Virus record (IMG/VR): IMGVR_UViG_3300036893_000044
Span: 6,192 to 70,191 of that record
Strand: one strand, 5' to 3'
Length of the DNA stretch: 64,000 nucleotides
Source: a virus
The notes beneath the pieces are model-generated. The model was given only the letters and a program-made list of their open reading frames with translations, had not been told where the DNA came from and made no database searches. Positions within the stretch are counted from its first letter, which is position 1. Every line of letters starts with the position of its first letter. Shown in pieces: positions 19,597-27,940 of the stretch. The translations under genes and the position numbers were made by a program.

Positions 19597-20820
19597 ATGT
19601 CTTTGACGCTCACCAAAGTACCGGATTCCACACAGAACGCCGGGGTATCGCAGGTCGAAACGATCTATCAGGTCCAGCCTGGCGCGGCTGATTATCCGGC
19701 AGGCGGGTATGTCATCCCAGGCGCATTGGCAACCGGCACGAGTGTTATCGGAAAGCTGGATGGCGAGTTTGTCTATTCGGCAGATATTGCCTCATCGAAC
19801 CTTGCGGGTGCGGGATTTGACGCTTACTTCGTGTTCCCCTCCGGTTCGTTTGGGGCGGTTCCTCAGCCGTCGCAAACCGTCACGATGATTGTGACGATCC
19901 CGAACGCTGCTCCTGGGACGGCACTTGGCCTGAGTCCTCTAACCGCTGTCAAGTCCACCACGGTCGGTGTGACCTCGAACGTTCTGACTGTGGCGATCGC
20001 CAACAGCCTCAAGGTTGGCCAATTCATCTACCTTTCTGGCTTCACCGCCGGTGGCGCGATCAATGGAATGATCTGCCAGGTGGCTACGGCTTCCGCGACT
20101 GGCTTTACGGCCAATCTCCAGACACCGAACATCACGGCGCTGACCGCTGACACCACTGGCCAGTTCCAATTGGTGCAGGCAGGAACCGGAAACCTTCTGA
20201 CCACCGGTGCAGTGGCGGCGATTACCAACTCGCTGTCCACGTCATCGCTGCTGACCATGACTTGCGCGAACACCTTCGTGCCCGGCCAGTTCGTCATCAT
20301 CAACGGCTTGACCAACGGTGCAACCGCCAACGGCGTCATTGCCCAGATTCTGACGGCATCCAGCACGCAGTTCACCGCCAACTGGACCGGCACTTCATTC
20401 ACGACGGCCGCCGATACCGGAACCGCTTCTCTGCTTGTTACCGCAGGTGGCGCTCCAGTTACCACCAGCACCGCATTCAGCATCACAAACTCGCTGGCGA
20501 CGGCTTCTTCGGCTGGCACTGCCGGTCTGGTTACGCTGACCGCGAACAACAGCCTCTCACCTGGCGCGCTGGTTGTCATTCAAGGATTGACCAATGGCGC
20601 TGGCGTCAACGGCGACGTGTTGACCGTCCTCAACTCGGCATCTTTGACCGCCAAGATTTTCACGGCAAACTACAAGAATGCGGGTTTCACCACGGCGGCC
20701 GATACTGGCGTAGCTTCACAGCTCGTCACCGGCATCCCGACCAGCGCTCCGCAGGTTTCTCCCGGCACGGATCTCAGCGCATGCACCTGGTTCCTGAGCA
20801 TCGTCCAGAGCGGCCTGTAA
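19597..20820 (+). CDS. Virion structural protein with three beta-repeat (FCCH-like) domains
   Basis: Three ~95-aa repeats LT...N....G..V.I.GLTNG...NG....FTAN...FTTAADTG. Confidence 0.7.
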   Translation: MSLTLTKVPDSTQNAGVSQVETIYQVQPGAADYPAGGYVIPGALATGTSVIGKLDGEFVYSADIASSNLAGAGFDAYFVFPSGSFGAVPQPSQTVTMIVTIPNAAPGTALGLSPLTAVKSTTVGVTSNVLTVAIANSLKVGQFIYLSGFTAGGAINGMICQVATASATGFTANLQTPNITALTADTTGQFQLVQAGTGNLLTTGAVAAITNSLSTSSLLTMTCANTFVPGQFVIINGLTNGATANGVIAQILTASSTQFTANWTGTSFTTAADTGTASLLVTAGGAPVTTSTAFSITNSLATASSAGTAGLVTLTANNSLSPGALVVIQGLTNGAGVNGDVLTVLNSASLTAKIFTANYKNAGFTTAADTGVASQLVTGIPTSAPQVSPGTDLSACTWFLSIVQSGL

Positions 20821-20833
20821 GGCTTTAATCAAA

Positions 20834-20867
20834 GAGGGGCGGGGTTCAAAACAGTTCCGCGCCCCTC
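20834..20867 (+). terminator. Stem-loop after head genes (attenuator/terminator)
   Basis: GAGGGGCG...CGCCCCTC; no strong U-tract. Confidence 0.4.
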
Positions 20868-20892
20868 CCCTCCATTTTAGGAGGGTATCCCG

Positions 20893-21918
20893 ATTCCAAT
20901 CGTTCCACCAATCGTTATTCCCCAGCAGGTCCAACCGAATGTTGGTGTGCTGCCGTTCGTGCAGCAGATGAACTTTGGGCAGATGCAGGGGTCCGCAACA
21001 GCCTGGAATCCCAATTGCGTGGCCCAGATGCCTGGCTGGATCAATCAGATTGTCAGACAAGTCTATGCGAAAAAGACTTGGTATGGTCTCTTCACTAAGG
21101 GCCAGATTATTTGCCCCGCATCGGTGAGCGGCGGCACAGCCACGGTCACTTTCAATTCCAATACCATTCAGGGCAACGGAACTACCTGGGATCAAACCCT
21201 CATCGGTCGCCAGTTCCGCGCAGGCCTCAATACGCCACCATACACCATCACGGGAGTCGATCCATTTGCTCAGGTGCTGACGATCGAGCTTCCTTGGGGC
21301 GGACCTTTTGCGCCCGGGCAGACGACGCAAACCACCGGCTACTACATCATCCAGATGTATTACAGTTTTGGACCGAACATCAAATACATCAAGACCTGCG
21401 TGAATATGCAGATGGGGTTCAAACTATGGACGAATCTCACCCAGGATTATCTCGACAATCGTGACCCATGGCGCATCACCGTGAACTTTCCGTGGGGCCT
21501 GGCTCCGGTTGCGACCGACCCGAATGGCAATTACATGGTCGAGCTCTGGCCGGCGCCGTTCACGCAGCAGGCCCTGCCTTTTAATGTCTACACGCAGCCG
21601 GCTAACCTCGTGAACGACAACGATAGTCTACCGCCGTACATCCGCTGCGACGTAATCGTCAAGGAAGCGATGTGCTGGGCGCTCAGGTGGAAGCCAAAGG
21701 AAAATCCTGGCTACGATCCGCAGACGGCGCTGAGTTTGTCGAACACGTTTCACCAGGAACACGAGGCGTTGCTCCTCGATATGGCGAACGAGGATGAAAA
21801 CCTCTATCGCACCTCGGCCACAATCCAAGGCGAGGATTTGCCGTTCTACACGCCGGGCGGCGCTCTTTGGGATGCGCAACATGCCGTCATGTCCGGCGGC
21901 GGCGCAAATGACTGGTAA
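20893..21918 (+). CDS. Putative head-tail adaptor protein (possible ATT start)
   Basis: AGGAGG at 20879 precedes in-frame ATT; GW(I)NQ..RQ, VELWPAP adaptor-type motifs. Confidence 0.65.
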   Translation: MPIVPPIVIPQQVQPNVGVLPFVQQMNFGQMQGSATAWNPNCVAQMPGWINQIVRQVYAKKTWYGLFTKGQIICPASVSGGTATVTFNSNTIQGNGTTWDQTLIGRQFRAGLNTPPYTITGVDPFAQVLTIELPWGGPFAPGQTTQTTGYYIIQMYYSFGPNIKYIKTCVNMQMGFKLWTNLTQDYLDNRDPWRITVNFPWGLAPVATDPNGNYMVELWPAPFTQQALPFNVYTQPANLVNDNDSLPPYIRCDVIVKEAMCWALRWKPKENPGYDPQTALSLSNTFHQEHEALLLDMANEDENLYRTSATIQGEDLPFYTPGGALWDAQHAVMSGGGANDW

Positions 21919-21948
21919 TGTTCGATTGGAAGGGTGGTAACATTTCGT

Positions 21949-22317
21949 ATGTCGCAAACCTGTGAATCCTGTGGCGTATCCGTTTATCGCAAGGTGTACG
22001 AGACGAACGCGGAAGGCAAATTCGTCGGTCTAGGCGTAGACTGCGGATGCAAGCGAGTGGCTGTCATCAAGAAAGCTCAGACGAATAGCTTTTGCCTCAC
22101 GCTCGATCATGTGGCGGATGAATTTGGCCAGAAACTCCACGTCGAAAATCTCCGCCAGCTTTCGGCCGCGGAGAAGCGTTACGGTTTCCAGAGTGTCGTC
22201 CTCAACTCCGACGCGCAGAACTTCGATGACCCGCCACAACAACGCAGGATCGAAGTCGCCGACATTCACCGATTCAAGTACGGCAGCAGGGAAAGCTATA
22301 GACGGAGGTTCGCATGA
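21949..22317 (+). CDS. Hypothetical Zn-ribbon protein
   Basis: CESC..CGC; ORF in late operon. Confidence 0.6.
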   Translation: MSQTCESCGVSVYRKVYETNAEGKFVGLGVDCGCKRVAVIKKAQTNSFCLTLDHVADEFGQKLHVENLRQLSAAEKRYGFQSVVLNSDAQNFDDPPQQRRIEVADIHRFKYGSRESYRRRFA

Positions 22318-22514
22318 ACAGGCGAGAGTTTGGAAAGACGGTGTTGGCGGTTGCGGCGGCGACGGCAGCTGCTCCATCTACCTTGGTAGCCAAGCCGGAA
22401 TTCTATCCTGAAGGCAACTGTCCGATCACGCTCAAGATGTTGCAGGATGCCTATGCTCAGGCAACATTCAACTTACCGCATCCGAACCTCTTTATTCCGG
22501 AGGCTTTCTTATGA
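22314..22514 (+). CDS. Tat-signal-like peptide fused to capsid-like fragment
   Basis: MNRREF + hydrophobic region; C-terminus 12/23 identical to MCP; ATGA-coupled at both ends, GGAGG RBS. Confidence 0.7.
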   Translation: MNRREFGKTVLAVAAATAAAPSTLVAKPEFYPEGNCPITLKMLQDAYAQATFNLPHPNLFIPEAFL

Positions 22515-22870
22515 CCACGCCTAGCAACCGCATCCACGACACATTCCGCAATCGCAACTACGGCAAGATCGAAGCGCCGCAGAACACCAAGAGCGCGACC
22601 GACAGCTTCCACATCGACCGCTCGCGGCTGGGTGTTCACGATGAGTTTGACCCGGATGCGGCGAACGATTGGGGCGGTAAAGGGAAGTACGTCCTCAAGC
22701 CGAATTCGATCATGGACAATGTTCGCGGTGCCATGGGCGGGATTGGCGCGCGCTCGAGCTACAAGAGCGTGCATGATCCGGCGGAACCGACCTGCACGGA
22801 GTCGCCATGCTGCCCATCACCATATGGCAGCAGCGCGCGGAACCCGCTTACTCGGACAAAGGGAGATTAA
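22511..22870 (+). CDS. Hypothetical protein
   Basis: GGAGG RBS; coupled ORF. Confidence 0.6.
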   Translation: MTTPSNRIHDTFRNRNYGKIEAPQNTKSATDSFHIDRSRLGVHDEFDPDAANDWGGKGKYVLKPNSIMDNVRGAMGGIGARSSYKSVHDPAEPTCTESPCCPSPYGSSARNPLTRTKGD

Positions 22871-22872
22871 TC

Positions 22873-23457
22873 ATGGGCGTCAGACCGTTTAGTGGAGTCA
22901 CAACTCTTGCCGGGACCGCGCAGCCAATCTTTGGAACAGCGGTGACCGCCGCCGTTACTCCGCCGCCAGATCCATTCAGCGGCAACTTGACGCCTGGCTC
23001 GAACGAAACCCAGTGCAATCTGACAGTCACTTCTACCACCGGTTTTCTGCCGGGTGACCGCGTGGCCGTTGGTCTGGCCGCGGCATTCAAGCCCGGCATC
23101 ACGGCGACCGGTTCAATTCCAGATCAAGGAACTGTCAAGTCGATCACCTCGTCAACAGTCATGGTCGTCCAGGGCCTCAAGCAAGCGCATGCCGCAACCG
23201 GGGAGTGGTGTGTGCTCAATGAAGATGCCGGCAACGTGCATTTGACGCCAGTGGCAATCACAGCCATCGCTTATGTCGGCAATGCAAGCACAGTGGCCTC
23301 GACCGATCCGAGCGTCATGGACATCCTGCCGATCACCTCCGGGGATCCATCGCAGGTGCTGGATTTTGAGTCGATCGGCGGAACCCAGCCTATGCAGTTG
23401 TCGCAGTTCTGGATTCTTGGGAGCGGAACGTTTATTCCCAGGTTCACGCAAATCTAA
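22873..23457 (+). CDS. Virion structural protein
   Basis: Thr/Gly/Val-rich, LTVTSTTGF.PGD beta motif. Confidence 0.6.
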   Translation: MGVRPFSGVTTLAGTAQPIFGTAVTAAVTPPPDPFSGNLTPGSNETQCNLTVTSTTGFLPGDRVAVGLAAAFKPGITATGSIPDQGTVKSITSSTVMVVQGLKQAHAATGEWCVLNEDAGNVHLTPVAITAIAYVGNASTVASTDPSVMDILPITSGDPSQVLDFESIGGTQPMQLSQFWILGSGTFIPRFTQI

Positions 23458-23459
23458 GT

Positions 23460-23531
23460 TAGAATAGGGGTGTCGGGTGTCTCACCACCCGGCTCTCACC
23501 TCATCGTTCGGAGAAACGACTATGACACCCC
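23460..23531 (+). promoter_or_regulatory. -10 box plus three-way-junction leader sequestering HNH start (copy 1)
   Basis: TAGAAT; GGGGTGTC/GACACCCC; CGGGTG/CACCCG; TCGTT/AACGA. Confidence 0.75.
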
Positions 23532-24205
23532 ACGAAGACATCATACCCTACGGTTACTGCCATTGCGCCTGTGGGCAGAAGACCCTTATTGCGATTCGCG
23601 GCTGGAAGGACGTGAAAGCCGGAGAGCCGAGGAGGTATATCCACGGCCATTCGCACCGGATAAGGTCGATAATTGAAGATGCAAAACCATTTAAACTTGC
23701 AGACGAATATTGCCGACTCATTCCTCTTTCTCGAGGTTTATGGTGTATCGTCAGCGCCCATCGCTACGAGTATCTTATGCAATGGAAATGGTACGCATGG
23801 TTTTGGGAAAAGACCGGGAAATTCTACGCCGTGAGGAGTGGCCCGAGGATTAATGGAAGCCCAACTAGGATACTCATGCACCGCGCCATTCTTGGCTTGA
23901 TAGGTGGGGATAGAAGGCGTGGCGATCATATTGTTTCCGAAGACACACTAAATAATGCCGATAAAAACCTGCGCACAGGAACTGCTTCACAGAACAATCA
24001 AAACAGCAAAATAAGATCCGACAACACTACCGGATTCAAGGGCGTGTACTTTTATAAAGACGGTCGCAAAAAGCCGTGGATGGCACACATAACTGTAGAT
24101 AGAAAGCGGATCATTCTCGGTTATTTTGAAACCAAAGAAGAGGCGTACGAGGCTTATTGTGATGCCGCCAAAAAATACTTTGGCGAGTTTGCTAGGCTCA
24201 AGTAA
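23522..24205 (+). CDS. HNH-AP2 homing endonuclease 1
   Basis: GYCHCACG, MHRAI, DH..TLNN..NLR..QN..N, NTTGFKGV..LGYF...EEAY.AY..AA..YFGEFA. Confidence 0.9.
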   Translation: MTPHEDIIPYGYCHCACGQKTLIAIRGWKDVKAGEPRRYIHGHSHRIRSIIEDAKPFKLADEYCRLIPLSRGLWCIVSAHRYEYLMQWKWYAWFWEKTGKFYAVRSGPRINGSPTRILMHRAILGLIGGDRRRGDHIVSEDTLNNADKNLRTGTASQNNQNSKIRSDNTTGFKGVYFYKDGRKKPWMAHITVDRKRIILGYFETKEEAYEAYCDAAKKYFGEFARLK

Positions 24206-24214
24206 AATGAAGCG

Positions 24215-24910
24215 ATGGCAACAACCCCCATTTCGGTGCTCGCGGCGAACATTCAGAGTCGTTTAGAAGAGGTGCCGGGAAGCGCTGGGAGTTGGTGGAG
24301 CCAGCAGTTTGAAATCTTCAGCGCAATTGAGGAAGCTCAAAACGATCTGCTATTGTTGGTTGGCAGGCCAACAAGTTACGTCAACGTCCCCTTCACCCTC
24401 GTTCCGAATAACTGCTTTCAGACAGTCCCGAAGGGCTTGCTACTCATCACCGACGTTCAAGGATTCTCGTCCCCGTTATACAAGGTGAATTTGATAGATT
24501 TAGATTTTTTAATGACGAGCTGGGGGCCGGATTGGGCTCAAGATGTGGACAACGCGGCTTACCGGTGGGCGCCAATCGGGTTCAATATGTTCGCGGTTCA
24601 TCCGGCAGTCGCCACGGCGCAGACCGTCAACATCACCGCAATTCAGTATCCGACGACCGATGTCTGGCCCTATACTGGAGCGGAGACGGTTCAGTTTGAA
24701 GACAATTACTTCCAGTTGATTGAGGAGTATGCTGCCTTCTACTGCCGCATCAAGGAGATGGGTGGGGAGTTCCAGGAGGGCATGAAGCTATTCGAGCAAT
24801 ACATGCTCGGCGCGAAGCGCATGACCCAGATTCAAGACAAGCGCGACCCGTTACTCTTCACTTCCGGCTTCGGCGGAACTCAGAACGTCAACCCGGGAAC
24901 AAGGCGATAA
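24215..24910 (+). CDS. Putative head-tail connector/tail tubular protein
   Basis: Adaptor-like motifs (IEEAQ, AVHP, EYAA.Y); late operon. Confidence 0.6.
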   Translation: MATTPISVLAANIQSRLEEVPGSAGSWWSQQFEIFSAIEEAQNDLLLLVGRPTSYVNVPFTLVPNNCFQTVPKGLLLITDVQGFSSPLYKVNLIDLDFLMTSWGPDWAQDVDNAAYRWAPIGFNMFAVHPAVATAQTVNITAIQYPTTDVWPYTGAETVQFEDNYFQLIEEYAAFYCRIKEMGGEFQEGMKLFEQYMLGAKRMTQIQDKRDPLLFTSGFGGTQNVNPGTRR

Positions 24911-24961
24911 TTGTAAAAGTTGGCACAAAATATTCCACTTTTTATTCCAAGGAGGAATTCA

Positions 24962-25270
24962 ATGGCGAACATATCAGCGTTTCACGGCGAAGTCTCAAAG
25001 TGTTCATGTGGACTCGCAGATCATCCCGAAGGAACCGGCGAGCGCGCCTGTGGCCTTTGTTTTGGCAGAGCCTTTGTGGCTTCTTGCACTGCATGCGATG
25101 GCAAAGGCAAAGTCGAGCAGAAGATGGCCGGTGGGCCTGGCACGATGTCCGCGACGTGCTCCCTTTGCGGTGGAAAGGGCGTCTACGGCGTCAACAAGCC
25201 GGCAGACTGGGAAGAGACGCATCCAGCGCAAATTCCCGTCCCGCAAGAGAGCGCTCCTGCGATAGCATAA
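24962..25270 (+). CDS. DnaJ-type zinc-finger protein
   Basis: AGGAGG RBS; CxxCxG repeats. Confidence 0.65.
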   Translation: MANISAFHGEVSKCSCGLADHPEGTGERACGLCFGRAFVASCTACDGKGKVEQKMAGGPGTMSATCSLCGGKGVYGVNKPADWEETHPAQIPVPQESAPAIA

Positions 25271-25324
25271 GGGCGGGGGTGTGCCATTTCAATCCCGGGG
25301 CTCGGATACAGGACGGCTGGCGAT

Positions 25325-26383
25325 TTGCTAATGGAAGTCGCATTCCACTTGGCACAACCAGCCGTCTACGACACCCTCGTCAACCCCATCACCGCTGGCG
25401 CAGGCGTCACCGCCACAATTCAGTCCACCACCTATGTCTACCCCGGCGCTCAACTCGTCATCGAGAAGCCGGGGGTTTCCTCGCAGGAAGTCGTAACGAT
25501 TCTGACGGTCCCCTCGGCCACCACCTTCACCGCCAATTTTGCCAACAATCATTTGGCAGTGGTCCCCGCCTGGGGGCCGACATTCCCCACCCAGCAAGGC
25601 ACGGACCCGATCTTCACCCAGTCCGAGATGCTGCAGTACCTGTCGCGCGCGCAAAACGAGTTTTTGACGGCCGTACCCTGCTTCTACCAGCGGTTCTTCC
25701 AGAACGTGAGCATGGGGCAGATTTATCAGGCAACGCCTCCAACAGCCATCCTCATCGATCGCATTGCGGCCTCCGCCATCGACATCGGCATCACGTCCAT
25801 GGTGCGCAGCGGCAATATCGTCACGCTTACCGCGGTATCGCCCACAAACCTCGTCCAATACAACACGTTGTCAGTGGTCGGCGCGACCGATTCATCCTTC
25901 AATGGCGTGTTTGCCGTGATCAGCGCGCCGTCCGCGAACGTCATCACCTACCGGCAGATTGCGGCGGATGGATCGACAACCGGCGGCAATATTCAGTCTA
26001 TGTTAAGACTGTACGAGGTCACGCAGGAGGAGCTCGTCCAGCAGAATCGGGCATGGCAGTCGAGCTATGTTGGACCCTTGCAAAGTTGGTTTGAGGATCG
26101 GGCTGGGCTTTATCAATGGGGAGTTGGCGGGCTACCGAGTTCGACGTTCCCGGTGGAGTTGCTAGTAGCTTGTCGAGATAGCGATAGCCTCACGCTTCTA
26201 GATAGCTTCCTCGTCCCAGACGTGGTGGTCCATGCTCTGAAGTATAAGGTTCTTCAATGGTGCTGGGACAAGGACGGCATAGCCCAACAGCCACAGATGG
26301 CGCAGTTTTGTGGGAAGAGATACGATCAAATTGTCATGGCTGCTCAGAGATACATCCAAGCGATGAAGATGAATGTTCGATAG
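25325..26383 (+). CDS. Virion adaptor-like protein with beta-repeat inserts
   Basis: FT.SE..QYL..AQNEF adaptor motif, FCCH-like insert; true start may be upstream. Confidence 0.65.
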   Translation: MLMEVAFHLAQPAVYDTLVNPITAGAGVTATIQSTTYVYPGAQLVIEKPGVSSQEVVTILTVPSATTFTANFANNHLAVVPAWGPTFPTQQGTDPIFTQSEMLQYLSRAQNEFLTAVPCFYQRFFQNVSMGQIYQATPPTAILIDRIAASAIDIGITSMVRSGNIVTLTAVSPTNLVQYNTLSVVGATDSSFNGVFAVISAPSANVITYRQIAADGSTTGGNIQSMLRLYEVTQEELVQQNRAWQSSYVGPLQSWFEDRAGLYQWGVGGLPSSTFPVELLVACRDSDSLTLLDSFLVPDVVVHALKYKVLQWCWDKDGIAQQPQMAQFCGKRYDQIVMAAQRYIQAMKMNVR

Positions 26384-27068
26384 GCACGAAGCTACCATAG
26401 AGTTCAATTTCTTTCGCTTTACGCACAGCCACGGCTTTATCGAAGTCTTTGTAATTACCCAAGTGATAGCGGGTTCCGCCTTTGGCTATTACGACATGCC
26501 ACTTCTCTGACTCTTTCATCCAAACCACGCCGGGGTAGCCGCTCGTATTGTTCGACTGCGTGTTGCGATTGAAGGTATTTTCTGAGCGAGTAGACAGTCT
26601 CAGATTAGCAATTCTGTTGTCGAGGCCGTTGCGGTTTTTATGATCGACAAACATCCCCGGAGGAGGGTGGAGAATAAGGTTATGCAGACGGAGGGGAATC
26701 CTCTGACCGCCCACAATGTCAGTTCTGGTCGCGTAAAAAGTCTTATTTTTAGGGGAGTAATGAGCGCACCAAAACGCAGCATTTATACGGTTATATTCAC
26801 TTGTATCGACTAGAGAGAACAGTCCTTGCGTGAGAGCAATTAAGCGTACCGACAGATCCACTGGATGTTCGGTTGTGGATCGTTTTTTGACCGCTCCGTG
26901 GCCCATACTGAAGGCCTTTGGTATGCCTCTTTTCCAGCCAAAATAAGTGTTGGTTTTGAGGGCGACAGTAGTGGTACGACTGCACCCGCAGTGGCATGTT
27001 CCAAGAGGAATTTGGCAGGCAGGATCGCCGCAAATGCACAGTGCTACACTCAATTCGTGGGGTGTCAT
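26334..27068 (-). CDS. HNH-AP2 homing endonuclease 2
   Basis: CICGDPAC.IP.G.CHCGC, LHNLI, VDHKNRNGLDNR..NLR, NTSGYPGV, AP2 tail. Confidence 0.9.
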   Translation of the reverse strand: MTPHELSVALCICGDPACQIPLGTCHCGCSRTTTVALKTNTYFGWKRGIPKAFSMGHGAVKKRSTTEHPVDLSVRLIALTQGLFSLVDTSEYNRINAAFWCAHYSPKNKTFYATRTDIVGGQRIPLRLHNLILHPPPGMFVDHKNRNGLDNRIANLRLSTRSENTFNRNTQSNNTSGYPGVVWMKESEKWHVVIAKGGTRYHLGNYKDFDKAVAVRKAKEIELYGSFVPIEHSSSSLGCISEQP

Positions 27069-27131
27069 AGTCGGATTCGCCTCCGATGAAGGTTTGCACC
27101 GGGGTTCCCGCCCCGACACCCCTTTATTGTA
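27059..27131 (-). promoter_or_regulatory. -10 box plus three-way-junction leader (copy 2)
   Basis: TACAAT; GGGGTGTC/GACACCCC; CGGGG/CCCCG; TCGGA/TCCGA. Confidence 0.75.
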
Positions 27132-27166
27132 AACCATATAGACGACTCGTGGCATATACTATTCGC

Positions 27167-27454
27167 GTGCCTAAACTCCACAAAGTCGGAGACGACTACT
27201 ACGCCTTTCATTGCCCCGGCTGCGGATACGGCCATGCGGTGACCGTCAACGGAAGGCAAAATTCTCAAGGTGCAAGCTGGGGTTGGAATGGTTCAATGGA
27301 TAAGCCAACATTCACACCGTCGATCAACTGCAACGCCGATGATCCGCCGCATCGTTGCCACAGTTTCGTGCGAGACGGCCAAATTCAATTTCTCGGCGAC
27401 TGCTTCCATATCCTCAAAGGGCAGACTGTTGATTTGCCGGATTGGGACGACTAA
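27167..27454 (+). CDS. DUF6527-like protein
   Basis: FHCPGCG..H..W.WNG..KPTF.PSI..CHSFVRDG.IQFL.DC.H.L.GQTV.LPDW; leaderless after TATACT. Confidence 0.8.
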   Translation: MPKLHKVGDDYYAFHCPGCGYGHAVTVNGRQNSQGASWGWNGSMDKPTFTPSINCNADDPPHRCHSFVRDGQIQFLGDCFHILKGQTVDLPDWDD

Positions 27455-27933
27455 TGCCCGCTCCCGCCAAACCCACAAATCGCCCCGTCGCCCCCAAGCA
27501 GCAACCGCCGCCGATCCAGCGCTTCCAGTTCACCAAGGAAGACTTCTCGACAGATGCAGGTGTAGCCCGCGTCAATGCGATGATGGCGCAGCACGCGACG
27601 GCCGTCCAGGCACTGCAAGGTTCCGGCGGCCGAACGACGCTGTTCTCGGGTCTCGACGTGCAGGGCGAGACAGTGACGGGCGTTGGATCTCCGCAGGGGC
27701 CGAGCGATGCGGTGTCGCTGGCGCATGCCAACGGCAACTATTCAGCTCCCGCTGTCGGGCCGCAATTAGACATCGGCGGCAGCAATGCCCTGCCTGGCTT
27801 ATCATCGATCTATCTTCAGATGACGCAGGCGTTCTCGGGGACGATTGCGCTCGCCAAGTTAACCACCCTTGGGGCGAACGGTAGCATCACGGTGGCAAAT
27901 GGTTTGATCACGAAGGTTATGCCAGCGACGTAG
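27454..27933 (+). CDS. Virion structural protein
   Basis: Late operon; NGSITV.NGLIT C-terminal fibre-type motif. Confidence 0.6.
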   Translation: MPAPAKPTNRPVAPKQQPPPIQRFQFTKEDFSTDAGVARVNAMMAQHATAVQALQGSGGRTTLFSGLDVQGETVTGVGSPQGPSDAVSLAHANGNYSAPAVGPQLDIGGSNALPGLSSIYLQMTQAFSGTIALAKLTTLGANGSITVANGLITKVMPAT

Positions 27934-27940
27934 GTGAGAG

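Noticed and set aside
19597-20820. DNA-level repeats suggesting a DGR or CRISPR array
   Set aside because: Explained by protein domain repeats. No reverse transcriptase, adenine-specific variation or spacer periodicity seen anywhere in the window.
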